Shown in pieces: positions 1 to 8,298 of a stretch of 52,967 bases of DNA. The translations under genes were made by a program, and so were the position numbers. The stretch is from the NCBI GenBank assembly GCA_040880825.1, contig JBBEEK010000187.1, forward strand, positions 1 to 52,967. Direction: 5' to 3'. The notes under the pieces are model-generated. The model was not told where the DNA came from and made no database searches. It was given only the letters and a program-made list of their open reading frames with translations. This DNA comes from Chthoniobacterales bacterium. GTDB lineage: Bacteria; Verrucomicrobiota; Verrucomicrobiia; Chthoniobacterales; JACTMZ01. Position 1 is the stretch's first letter. Every line of letters starts with the position of its first letter.

Positions 1-163
1 AGGCCTTCCGCCTGTGATGTCTGATCGTGACGGGCGAGGCCTCCAGCTTGGAGAGCCTACGGCTGGGAGAGGCGACCGTGCTCCCTGGGCTACGCGCGGA
101 CTCGCTCAGCAGAGGGTGGGCTGGAAGGCAAGTGCGCTTCCGTCTTCCATGATCTGTCAACCG

Positions 164-181
164 CCCCTGCGGCTGCAGGGG
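164..181 (-). terminator. GC hairpin just downstream of the ptsH stop (possible terminator, no U-tract)
   Basis: Perfect inverted repeat CCCCTGC-GGCT-GCAGGGG a few nt past the ptsH stop at 188. No T-run follows on the minus strand. Confidence 0.25.
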
Positions 182-187
182 ACCAGC

Positions 188-493
188 TCAATCCTCGTTG
201 AAGCGGCTGGCCACGAGGTCCTCGATTTCCTTGAGAAATTTTTCGGCATCGGAACCGGAGGCGGAGACGATGATTTTCGAGCCGTGGCCGGCGGCGAGCA
301 TCATGAGGCCCATGATGGACTTGCCGTTGACTTCCTCGCCGTCCTTCTCGACCCAGATTTCGGCTTTGAAGCGGTTGGAGGTTTTGACAAAAAGGGCGGC
401 GGGGCGGGCGTGCAGGCCGTAGCGGTTGAGGATGACCAACTCGCGGGACATGCGTTGGCCCGGCGCGGAAGTCTTTTTGGCGAGGATCCCCAT
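188..493 (-). CDS. ptsH: Phosphocarrier protein HPr
   Basis: Has GLHARPA (His15 phosphorylation site) and GKSIMGLM (Ser46 regulatory site). An internal ATG at 451 would give a canonical ~87-aa HPr, so the start is ambiguous. Lies 5 nt downstream of hprK. Confidence 0.85.
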   Translation of the reverse strand: MGILAKKTSAPGQRMSRELVILNRYGLHARPAALFVKTSNRFKAEIWVEKDGEEVNGKSIMGLMMLAAGHGSKIIVSASGSDAEKFLKEIEDLVASRFNED

Positions 494-498
494 GTGTC

Positions 499-1452
499 TT
501 ATTTGGTGTTCTCCATCAGTTTAATCAGCCGCTCGTTGAATTCCAGAGCGCTGTTCATTCCGTGGGACTTGAGCTTGTGGTCGAGAGCGGCGACTTCGAC
601 CAGATGGCCGAGGTCGCGGCCCATACGAACAGGGATAATAACATGAGGCACGGAGATGCCAAGGATCTTGTAGGACTGCCGCACGAGGCCGTGGCGGTCG
701 ATATCGTCCATTTCGCGCCAGTCCTTGAGGGTGACGACGAGGTCGAGGGACTTTTCCGTGCGGATGCTGCGGACGCCGAAGATGGCGGCGACGTTGATGA
801 TACCGATACCGCGGACTTCCATGTGGAAGCGGGTCAGGTCGGCCGACGAGCCGATGAGTTCGCGGTTTTCGACGGCGCGGAAGCGGGTGATGTCGTCGCT
901 GACCAGGCTGTAGCCGCGCTCGAGGAGGCTGAGGACGCACTCGCTTTTGCCGATGCCGCTGGCGCCGCGGATGAGGGTGCCGACGCCGAGGATATCGACC
1001 ATGCTGCCGTGCTCGCTGCGGCGGGCGGCAAACTCGAGTTCGAGGGCGATGGTTGCGGCGTTGATGAACTTCATGGTGATCATCGGTGTGCGGAAGACGG
1101 GCACGCCGGTTTCGTTGGCAAACTTGATGACGAGCGGGGGCACTTTGGCTTGGCGGGCCACGACGATGCAGGGGATGGTGCAGCCGAAGAAGCGGCGCAG
1201 GCGTGGTCCGCGTTCGGCGGCGGGGAGGCTTTGGAGGTAGCTGAGTTCGGCGCTGCCGAAGACTTGAACGCGTTTCGGGGCGAAGTAGTTGTAGAATCCG
1301 GAGAGGGCGAGACCGGGGCGGTTGACGGTCGGTTCGCGGATGAGGCGGTCGAGGCCTTTTTCGCCGGCCAGAAGATCGAGTCCGAGGCTGTCGGCGTACG
1401 CTTCGAAGAAGCGTCCGACGCTGGGGGGGTGGACTTTCTGGGCGGCGGCCAC
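499..1452 (-). CDS. hprK: HPr kinase/phosphorylase
   Basis: 317 aa. P-loop GASGIGKSECVLSLLERGYSLVSDD and the following conserved C-terminal kinase core. Directly upstream of ptsH. Confidence 0.85.
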   Translation of the reverse strand: MAAAQKVHPPSVGRFFEAYADSLGLDLLAGEKGLDRLIREPTVNRPGLALSGFYNYFAPKRVQVFGSAELSYLQSLPAAERGPRLRRFFGCTIPCIVVARQAKVPPLVIKFANETGVPVFRTPMITMKFINAATIALELEFAARRSEHGSMVDILGVGTLIRGASGIGKSECVLSLLERGYSLVSDDITRFRAVENRELIGSSADLTRFHMEVRGIGIINVAAIFGVRSIRTEKSLDLVVTLKDWREMDDIDRHGLVRQSYKILGISVPHVIIPVRMGRDLGHLVEVAALDHKLKSHGMNSALEFNERLIKLMENTK

Positions 1453-1459
1453 GGCGGGT

Positions 1460-2242
1460 TTACATTTGGAAGCTCTCGCCGAGATACAGCTTGCGGCTGA
1501 CGGGGTCGTTGAGGAGGAAGTCTTTGGAGCCCTCGCTTTCGACGCGTCCCTCGAAAATGAGGTAGGCGCGATCGACGATGGAGAGGGTTTCGCGCACGTT
1601 GTGGTCGGTGATGAGGATGGCGAGGCCGGCTTCGCGCAGGTTGATGATGATCTGCTGCACGTCGAAGACAGCGATGGGGTCGACGCCGCTGAAGGGTTCG
1701 TCGAGCATGAGGAGCGAGGGGCTGGTGACGAGCGAACGGGCGATGGTCAGGCGGCGTTTTTCACCGCCGCTGAGGGTGAGGGCTTCGTTCTTGGCGATGT
1801 GCTCGATGCCGAACTGGTGGAGAAGTTCCTCGCAGCGGGCTTTGCGCTGGGCTTTGGACATCTTCGTCGTCTCGAGGATGGCCATGATGTTTTGTTCGAC
1901 GGTGAGTTTGCGGAAGATGGATTCCTCCTGCGGGAGGTAGCCCATGCCGGCCCGGGCGCGCTTGAACATGGGCATGCGGGTCACGTCTTTTCCGTCGAAA
2001 AAGACGCGTCCGGAGTTGGGCCGGACGAGGCCGACGATCATGTAGAAGCTGGTGGTCTTGCCGGCCCCGTTGGGCCCGAGCAGGCCGACGATTTCGCCGC
2101 GTTTGACGTTGATATCGACGCCGTTGACCACGGCGCGGCCGCCGTAGATTTTGACCAATTTGTCGGTCTGCAGGAGCGGGCCGTCACCTTTGTGGTGCAG
2201 GCGCGAGGCGGTTTCCGTGGCTGGGTCGGCGGCCGCGGTCAT
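1460..2242 (-). CDS. lptB: LPS export ABC transporter ATP-binding protein LptB
   Basis: Walker A GPNGAGKTT, signature LSGGEKRR, Walker B LLMLDEP. I place the start at ATG 2242, which overlaps the lptA stop as ATGA. The track ORF 1460..2386 carries a spurious Arg/His-rich extension. Confidence 0.85.
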   Translation of the reverse strand: MTAAADPATETASRLHHKGDGPLLQTDKLVKIYGGRAVVNGVDINVKRGEIVGLLGPNGAGKTTSFYMIVGLVRPNSGRVFFDGKDVTRMPMFKRARAGMGYLPQEESIFRKLTVEQNIMAILETTKMSKAQRKARCEELLHQFGIEHIAKNEALTLSGGEKRRLTIARSLVTSPSLLMLDEPFSGVDPIAVFDVQQIIINLREAGLAILITDHNVRETLSIVDRAYLIFEGRVESEGSKDFLLNDPVSRKLYLGESFQM

Positions 2243-2814
2243 GGGCGTGCGGACATGCCTTCGGTGTCGGTGATGACGGTGCGACTGGCGCCTTCGGTGG
2301 TGGCGCGGCCGTCGCGGTTGAGAATCATGCGGGTGGACTCGGTGGCCGCGATGTGGCGATTGATGCCTTGTTGCACTTCGGGCCAACCGATGAGGGTGAC
2401 GACGCCGGTCGAGGGGATGTATTCGGCGCGGCGGGCGCGGCCGATGGCGCCTTCTTCTTTGCCGTCGGTTTGCTGGACGATGACAACATTGCCGTCGGCC
2501 ACGGCGCGGTCGATGCCGGAGCGGTTTTTGTCGAGGAAGACGGTGAGCCGGTCGGCACTGAGCATGAAGGCGGCGTCTTTGACGCGGACGTCGCCGACGA
2601 AGGTGGCGCGGCTGTCCGTGTCATTAAACGTGGCTTCTTTTTGCGCGGAGATCTCGGTTTTGCTGCCTTTGGGGCGGTCCTTGGTGAGCAGGCCGAAGCC
2701 GAGGGGGTCCTGGCGGCCGGCCTCCGGGGCATCGGTGCGCAGTTCTTGGGCGCGGGTGTCCGCGAGAGCGCCGCCGACGGCGAGCAACAACAAAATCCGG
2801 AGCAACCTCATCAT
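2239..2814 (-). CDS. lptA: LptA/OstA-family periplasmic LPS transport protein
   Basis: Signal peptide MMRLLRILLLLAVGGALA. OstA-like repetitive beta pattern (ATFVGDVRV, DRLTVF, ADGNVVIVQ, RAEYIPSTGVVTL). Sits between the lptC-like gene and lptB with 4-nt overlaps on both sides. Confidence 0.7.
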   Translation of the reverse strand: MMRLLRILLLLAVGGALADTRAQELRTDAPEAGRQDPLGFGLLTKDRPKGSKTEISAQKEATFNDTDSRATFVGDVRVKDAAFMLSADRLTVFLDKNRSGIDRAVADGNVVIVQQTDGKEEGAIGRARRAEYIPSTGVVTLIGWPEVQQGINRHIAATESTRMILNRDGRATTEGASRTVITDTEGMSARP

Positions 2815-3308
2815 GGGCCCTTTTCCTCCAACTGCGTGATGGTCATGAACACCGGTCCAAGTAACCGGCTGGCGCGGGTATTGGAATCAAATTCCAGGGT
2901 GCGCCCGGTAATTTCAAAGGTCTCCCCCTTGATAACGGCGTGGTTGAGGCTGGTCAGGACGCTGGTGTCGCGGTCGAAGACGGCGTCTTTGAGAATAACT
3001 TCCATCGAGGGTTTGTCGGCCGATTCGTCGAAGAGTTCGATGCGCAGTCCTTTGAAGGTGAATTTTTTTTCGCTGGCGCGTTCGGCGGACTCGGCGTTGA
3101 GACGCAGGCTGAGTTTGTTGCTGCCTTTTTCGTAGTGGGGCATGCGGATGCCGCGAACGCTCTGGCCGATGGCCACGGGGATTTCGATTTCGGTGGAGAC
3201 GGGGGCGGCGGCCTTTTGGTCTGTTTTTTCGACTTTTTCCGGCTTTTCCTCCGCGGTCGCGGGTGCGGCGGCGAGAAGCAGGATGGCGAGAAAGAGACTA
3301 CAGCGCAT
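2811..3308 (-). CDS. LptC-like protein (N-terminal anchor or signal, small beta-rich periplasmic domain)
   Basis: Start at ATG 3308 (MRCSLFLAILLLAAAPATA...). About 165 aa. Called by its position immediately upstream of lptA-lptB and by its size and topology. The track ORF 2811..3890 is an N-terminal over-extension across kdsA. Confidence 0.5.
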   Translation of the reverse strand: MRCSLFLAILLLAAAPATAEEKPEKVEKTDQKAAAPVSTEIEIPVAIGQSVRGIRMPHYEKGSNKLSLRLNAESAERASEKKFTFKGLRIELFDESADKPSMEVILKDAVFDRDTSVLTSLNHAVIKGETFEITGRTLEFDSNTRASRLLGPVFMTITQLEEKGP

Positions 3309-4122
3309 GACGGATGGCTGATAGTTTGCGCAGAACGGCGGGCAAACGGGCAAGCGGTATTTGGTTGGGGCCGTCGGACGGGGCCCGGGCCGGGTTGTGG
3401 TGGGTCTCGAGGAAAATGCCGTCGGCTCCGGCGGCCACGGCGGCCGCGGCGAGAACGGGCGCGAGTTCACCGTCGCCGGTGGTGCGGTCGCCGCCACCCC
3501 CGGGGCGTTGCACGGAGTGGGTGGCGTCGAAGACGACGTGGAATCCCTGTTCGCGCATCCACGGGATGGAGCGCATGTCGGCCACCAGATTGTTGTAGCC
3601 GAAGGTCGTGCCGCGTTCGGTGAAGAGAAACTTCCGGCAACCGGCGGCGCGCAATTTCTGCGCGATGGGCGCGACTTCCCACGGCGAGAGGAATTGTCCT
3701 TTCTTGACGTTGACCGGGCAGCCGCTGGCGCCGGCGGCGGCGATGAGGTCGGTCTGGCGGCAGAGGAACGCGGGGATCTGGAGGAGGTCGACATGGGGTG
3801 CGGCCATCTCGACATCGGCGGGCGAGTGCACGTCGGTGGTGACGGGCACCCCGAACTCTTCGCGCAGGTCGGCGAGGATGCGGCAGCCATCGGCCAGTCC
3901 GGGCCCGCGGAAAGAGCGGCCGGAGGTGCGGTTGGCTTTGTCGCAGGAGGCTTTGAAAATGAAGGGCAACTTGAGTCGGCGGGTCATGGCCACAAGGCGC
4001 GCGGCGGTGCGGCGGGCGGACTTGGCGTCCTCCAACACACAAGGGCCGAGGATGAGCAGAAGTTGGCGGCCGCCGACGGTGACGGGACCGATTTTGAATG
4101 GTTTGGCCTTCATGCGGGACAA
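3298..4122 (-). CDS. kdsA: 2-dehydro-3-deoxyphosphooctonate aldolase (KDO-8-P synthase)
   Basis: 274 aa. Conserved blocks FKASCDKANRTS, LLQIPAFLCRQTDL, NVKKGQF, VFDATHSVQ and ETHHNP. Confidence 0.9.
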   Translation of the reverse strand: MSRMKAKPFKIGPVTVGGRQLLLILGPCVLEDAKSARRTAARLVAMTRRLKLPFIFKASCDKANRTSGRSFRGPGLADGCRILADLREEFGVPVTTDVHSPADVEMAAPHVDLLQIPAFLCRQTDLIAAAGASGCPVNVKKGQFLSPWEVAPIAQKLRAAGCRKFLFTERGTTFGYNNLVADMRSIPWMREQGFHVVFDATHSVQRPGGGGDRTTGDGELAPVLAAAAVAAGADGIFLETHHNPARAPSDGPNQIPLARLPAVLRKLSAIRHAL

Positions 4123-4131
4123 GCGGCCAAA

Positions 4132-5436
4132 CTACACCGCGCGGGCGGGGGAGTCATGGCACAATTTGTCGACGAGGTCGGCCGTGCGGACGGTGGCCCC
4201 TTGGTGGGGGCGGAGAGTGTCGGCGGCATGGCGCGCCATATCCGCGCAGCGGGCGGGAGCGCGCAGGAGGTCCGCGGCGGCGGCGGCCAGCGAGGCGGCG
4301 GCGTGCACTTCGACAGCCCCGCCGTCGGCAAGCAGCGCATCGCGCAGGGTGGCGAAGTTTTCCATGTGCGGTCCGAACAACACGGGCCGTCCCGCGAGGA
4401 TGGCTTCAGCGGGGTTTTGTCCGCCGTGGCCGGTCAGGCTTTTGCCGATGAAGACGATGTCCGCGCAGGCATACCAGTCGCGGAGTTCGCCGGTGGTATC
4501 GAGCAGAAGGATGTCGGGAGCGGGTCCGTCCGGCGGCGCGGTGCGGCGCGCGATGCGCAGGCCGGTTTCGGTCAAGCGCGCGACGATGTCGGCCGTGCGT
4601 TCGACGTGCCGCGGGGCGATGACGAGGCGTGCGGCGGGGAATTCGCCGCGCAGTTCGGCGAGGGCGCGGGCGAGGATTTCCTCTTCGCCGTGGTGGGTGC
4701 TCCCGGCCAGCAGGACGGGATCGCCCGGGGCGAAACCGAAAGCATCGAGCACCGGCCGGAAATCGCGCGTCGCTCCCTCCGCGGCATCGGGGTCGTATTT
4801 GACGCTGCCGGTGAGGTGCAGGTGTTCGCGCGCCACACCGAGGTGCGACCACAGTCCGGCATGCGCGGATTCCTGCAGTCCGACCCCGGCGAGGTGGCGT
4901 GTCACGGTGCGGAGTAACGGGGCGAAGCGGTGGTAGCGCCGCGCCGAGCGCGGCGAGACGCGGGCGTTGATGAGGAGGACGGGGAGGTCGCGCGCCGCGG
5001 CGGACCAGATGAAGGCGGGCCACATTTCGCTTTCGGTGAGGATGACAGCGCGCGGGCGCACGGCGGCGAAGGCGTGGCGGACGACGGGACCGAAGTCGAC
5101 CGGGGTGTAGACGGGGACCCACCAGTCCTGCTGCTTTTGCCGGGCGAGGTCGTGGGCCGTCGAAGTGGTGCTGGAGACGACGAACCGCCAGGCGGGGTGG
5201 CGTCGGTGGAGTTCGGCGAGGAGTTTGAGGGCGATGAGGAGTTCGCCGACGCTGACGGCGTGGACCCAGAACCACTCGCCGTGGCGGAAGCGCTCACGCA
5301 GGTCCGGGTCGTAGCGCCCGAAGCGCTGCCCGAAGTCCCGCCGGAAGCCGCCGCGTCTGACCATGCGCGCGAGGTAGCGCGGGAGGATGGCGAGGAAGGC
5401 GAGGGGGAAAAGGAGCGTGTAGAGCAGGCGCGTCAT
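4132..5436 (-). CDS. waaA: 3-deoxy-D-manno-octulosonic acid (Kdo) transferase
   Basis: Start MTRLLYTLLFPLAF at ATG 5436, an ATGA overlap with the rsmD stop. Has WVHAVSVGE near the N-terminus and a GT-B C-terminal half (GGSL-like FIGKSLTGHGGQNPAEA). About 434 aa. Confidence 0.85.
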   Translation of the reverse strand: MTRLLYTLLFPLAFLAILPRYLARMVRRGGFRRDFGQRFGRYDPDLRERFRHGEWFWVHAVSVGELLIALKLLAELHRRHPAWRFVVSSTTSTAHDLARQKQQDWWVPVYTPVDFGPVVRHAFAAVRPRAVILTESEMWPAFIWSAAARDLPVLLINARVSPRSARRYHRFAPLLRTVTRHLAGVGLQESAHAGLWSHLGVAREHLHLTGSVKYDPDAAEGATRDFRPVLDAFGFAPGDPVLLAGSTHHGEEEILARALAELRGEFPAARLVIAPRHVERTADIVARLTETGLRIARRTAPPDGPAPDILLLDTTGELRDWYACADIVFIGKSLTGHGGQNPAEAILAGRPVLFGPHMENFATLRDALLADGGAVEVHAAASLAAAAADLLRAPARCADMARHAADTLRPHQGATVRTADLVDKLCHDSPARAV

Positions 5437-5987
5437 GCGTCGGGCGTTCGCCGGTAGAAGGCAACCCAAGCCTGCCCGTAACGGCGGTGGTGGAGCAATG
5501 CCCAAGACGCGTTGCCCTCGGGTGGTCGGGCGGGCAACTCGATGACGAAAAGCCCGTCCGGCGCAACGCAGCGGGCGAGATGATGGCCGGCGAGCAGGGT
5601 GGCGGGATGAGCGGGGGCCGCGGGATCGAGGGCGAAGGGAGGGTCGGCGAAGACGAGATCGAACGACGCGGGATCGGCCCGCGCGACGAAAGCGGCCACG
5701 TCTTGTCCGCGCACGGTGCCGGGCAAGCGGGCGTGCGCGAGGTTGGCGCGGATGATGCCGGCGGCTTTGCGGTTCTGGTCGACGAACACGCACGAAGCCG
5801 CCCCGCGACTGAGCGCTTCGATACCGATGGCGCCGCTGCCGGCGAACAGATCGAGGGCGCGCGCGCCCGGGACAACTTCGCCGAGGCTGGAGAAGACGGC
5901 GCCGCGCACGCGGTCCATCATCGGACGGGCGATGCCGTCCGGGCAGTCGAGGCGCAGACCGCCCGCGGTTCCGGCGATGACGCGCAT
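5433..5987 (-). CDS. rsmD: 16S rRNA (guanine966-N2)-methyltransferase RsmD family
   Basis: 184 aa. SAM motif LDLFAGSGAIGIEALSRGA and substrate motif FADPPF. Confidence 0.8.
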   Translation of the reverse strand: MRVIAGTAGGLRLDCPDGIARPMMDRVRGAVFSSLGEVVPGARALDLFAGSGAIGIEALSRGAASCVFVDQNRKAAGIIRANLAHARLPGTVRGQDVAAFVARADPASFDLVFADPPFALDPAAPAHPATLLAGHHLARCVAPDGLFVIELPARPPEGNASWALLHHRRYGQAWVAFYRRTPDA

Positions 5988-5991
5988 GGGG

Positions 5992-7392
5992 TCAGGGAGC
6001 GCCGAGGAAATTGAGGAATATCTCGCCGAGTTTGCCGCCGGTGCCGCCGCCGAGGAGGCGCGAGGTGAAGTTGCTGTCGGGATTGTCGAGGGTGCCGGTG
6101 ACTTTGAAAGTCATGGCGCGGTAGTCGGGCAGGGCTCCGTCGCCGGCGGCCGGCCATTCGCGTCCAGTGCGGGAGGCGAGGCGTTTGGCGGTTTTGGGGG
6201 CGAGCAGCAAGCGGCCCTTGAGGTCGAGTTTGCCGCCGCGGGTGATGGTGCCGCGCAGTTCGACGGCGAGATTTTCGGCCTGCAGCCAGAGGGGTTCGAT
6301 GTGGATGAAGTCGTCCTCGATGCGGAGATCGGTGCGGGCTGCTTGCAGTTTGGTCGAGCGCAGTTCGCGGATATCGAGGGCGCGGCCGAGTTCCTGAAGA
6401 TGCGGCGGCGGCACGAGTTTGCCGTCGCGCACTTCGAGGTGGCCGGAGCCGCGGACTTGGCGTTGCGGGGCGTTGCGGCCTGTGATCTCGATTTGGCCGC
6501 CGAGCAGTCCTTCGAATTTGGTGCCGCCGAAGGCAGCAGGGAGGCGGAGATCCTCGAGGCGGAAGCCCTCGAGTTGGAGATTCCAGTCGTAGGGCGAGCC
6601 GTCGTTGCGCGTGGCGATGGAACCGCGGCCGGAGAGTTGTCCGCCGGAGACTTCGCCGCGGATTTCCGGCAGGGTGAGGATCCCGTTTTCCAAGGTGAAC
6701 GGGCTTTTCAAGTCGCGGGCCACGACGAGTCCGGCAAGGACGGCCTCGGGCACCTTGGCTTCGCCGCGGGCGTCGCCGTCTGGCGTGAGGCTGGCGCGCA
6801 CGGTGATGCCGTCCGCATCGAGCAGAGGCCAAGCGTCGCGGTTTTCGAAAAGGACGCGCGAGCGGCGGACGTCCATGCCTTCGATGCGGACGCCGAAGGC
6901 GGGCTTGGTCGCGGCGGGCGGTTGGTCGGCGGACGCGACTTCGTCCGGGGCGGGAAGCGCGGGGGTGCCGGCGGGGCGGGAGACGGCTTCCTCGGGTCGA
7001 CGCGGCACGCGCCATTGCCCATCGGCGGTTTGCCGCCAAGTGAGGACAGCTTCTTTGAGCGAGAGGCGGCTGACGACGAATTCGCGCTGCAGGAGCGGGA
7101 GGAGGCGGAAGACAATCTGGAATTCGGAGGCTTCGAGGAAGTTGACGCCGGCATTTTCCATGTCTGGCACGACGAGTCCGCGCAAGCGGATGCCGTCCCA
7201 TGGCGTGTAGATCACGCTGCGGATGCTGAGGGGCAAGCCGACGGTTTCCATCGCGCCCTGTTGCAGTTCTTTCTGCATGGCGGGCGATTGCAGGTGGAGA
7301 TTGAAGGCGAGAACGGCGGCGGCCACGATAACGAGCACGGTCGCGAGCGCGATAAGGCAAGGGCGGAGGCAGCGCGGCATGGAAATTTGCAT
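5992..7392 (-). CDS. AsmA-family-like envelope protein (N-terminal anchor, long beta-rich periplasmic region)
   Basis: N-terminal TM segment CLIALATVLVIVAAAVLAF, then a repetitive beta-rich sequence. First gene of the Kdo/Lpt run. The start is ambiguous (ATG 7392 or 7380; the track gives 7494). Confidence 0.45.
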   Translation of the reverse strand: MQISMPRCLRPCLIALATVLVIVAAAVLAFNLHLQSPAMQKELQQGAMETVGLPLSIRSVIYTPWDGIRLRGLVVPDMENAGVNFLEASEFQIVFRLLPLLQREFVVSRLSLKEAVLTWRQTADGQWRVPRRPEEAVSRPAGTPALPAPDEVASADQPPAATKPAFGVRIEGMDVRRSRVLFENRDAWPLLDADGITVRASLTPDGDARGEAKVPEAVLAGLVVARDLKSPFTLENGILTLPEIRGEVSGGQLSGRGSIATRNDGSPYDWNLQLEGFRLEDLRLPAAFGGTKFEGLLGGQIEITGRNAPQRQVRGSGHLEVRDGKLVPPPHLQELGRALDIRELRSTKLQAARTDLRIEDDFIHIEPLWLQAENLAVELRGTITRGGKLDLKGRLLLAPKTAKRLASRTGREWPAAGDGALPDYRAMTFKVTGTLDNPDSNFTSRLLGGGTGGKLGEIFLNFLGAP

Positions 7393-7467
7393 GCTAGCGG
7401 GCGGTCGGCGGTTGCAAAGCGGGAAGCGCGCGTTGCCGGCGCGGCGGGTCGTTGGTAGGATGCGGCG

Positions 7468-8229
7468 GTGGAAGGCTTGCGGGAAAAATTTCAAGTGGCT
7501 CCGGTCACGGTGTCACTGGCCGCCTTGGCGGTGGCGGTTTACGCGCTGGAGGTCGCGCTGCTGGGGCGCGAGGGTCCGGCGGACTTGTCGCGCTGGGCCC
7601 TGAGCGGGCGCGCGTTGCAGGAGGGGATGTGGTGGACGTTGGTCACGCATTTGTTCCTGCATGGCAACCTCCTGCATCTGGCGGTTAATGTGCTCGCCCT
7701 GTGGTTCATCGGTCCGGAGGTCGAGTTGATGCTCGGGCGGGTGCGTTATGCCGTGCTGTATTTTGTCTCCGGCGTGGCCGGCGGTTTGTTGCAGACGGCT
7801 TTTTCGGCGCCGACGTCCGAATTGATCGGCGCGTCCGGGGCGGTGTGCGGGGTGCTCTTGTCTTTTACCACGGCGTGTCCGGAAGCGCCTCTGCGCGCGC
7901 TGCTGTTTTTCATTCTTCCGGTCAGCATGAAGGCGAGGACGCTCGGGTGGGGGCTCATTGTTGTGTCGTTGCTTTGTGCGGTGCTGGGCATCCTCCCGCA
8001 GATCGGGCATCTCGCGCATTTGGGCGGCGCGCTCGCGGGGGCCGCGCTGACGCGCTGGTGGTTGCCGGTGGCGCCGCCGCGGCGCCGGAGGCCGACAAAC
8101 GAGGCGGAGCGGGCGGCTGATGAAGACGAACTTCTGCGGCGCGTCATGGAGGAGGGCGGCATCGAGGGCTTGAGCCGCCATGAGCGCAAGGCGCTCGAGC
8201 GTTTGGCGGAGCGGCGTCCGCGACGGTAG
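7468..8229 (+). CDS. Rhomboid-family intramembrane serine protease
   Basis: Catalytic Ser motif GASGAVCG and catalytic His motif HLAHLGGALAGA within a multi-TM core. GTG start at 7468. Charged C-terminal tail. Confidence 0.8.
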   Translation: MEGLREKFQVAPVTVSLAALAVAVYALEVALLGREGPADLSRWALSGRALQEGMWWTLVTHLFLHGNLLHLAVNVLALWFIGPEVELMLGRVRYAVLYFVSGVAGGLLQTAFSAPTSELIGASGAVCGVLLSFTTACPEAPLRALLFFILPVSMKARTLGWGLIVVSLLCAVLGILPQIGHLAHLGGALAGAALTRWWLPVAPPRRRRPTNEAERAADEDELLRRVMEEGGIEGLSRHERKALERLAERRPRR

Positions 8230-8298
8230 GTTGTCAATGGTGCCCGGGCGCGGAAGGGCGCGTGGTGAGTCCCCGGTGAGAAGGATCGGAGTGGAGTC

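Noticed and set aside
115-147. Possible SRP (4.5S) RNA apical GGAA tetraloop (gcuGGAAggc)
   Set aside because: The flanking sequence lacks the conserved domain IV symmetric and asymmetric loop nucleotides (no AGCA on the 3' side). The two halves do not pair into the long SRP hairpin.
1322-2839. 505-aa plus-strand ORF, and similar ones at 3361..4917, 5716..7458, 14917..16398, 35976..37898 and 25807..27717
   Set aside because: All are antisense to motif-bearing minus-strand genes (lptB/lptA, kdsA/waaA, asmA-like, the secreted protein and permease, the aminotransferase, exbBD). All have the Gly/Ala/Asp/Glu/Val-rich composition of reverse-frame translation.
5437-5793. N-terminal extension of the waaA ORF (track 4132..5793)
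   Set aside because: The extension overlaps rsmD in another frame and is Arg/Pro-rich. The internal ATG at 5436 gives a canonical WaaA N-terminal anchor and an ATGA junction with rsmD.
5918-7360. 480-aa Arg/Pro-rich minus-strand ORF, and similar alternative-frame ORFs at 16305..17642, 37854..39320 and 14508..15701
   Set aside because: Same-strand alternative frames of better-supported genes. Extreme Arg/Pro/His content with no domain signatures.
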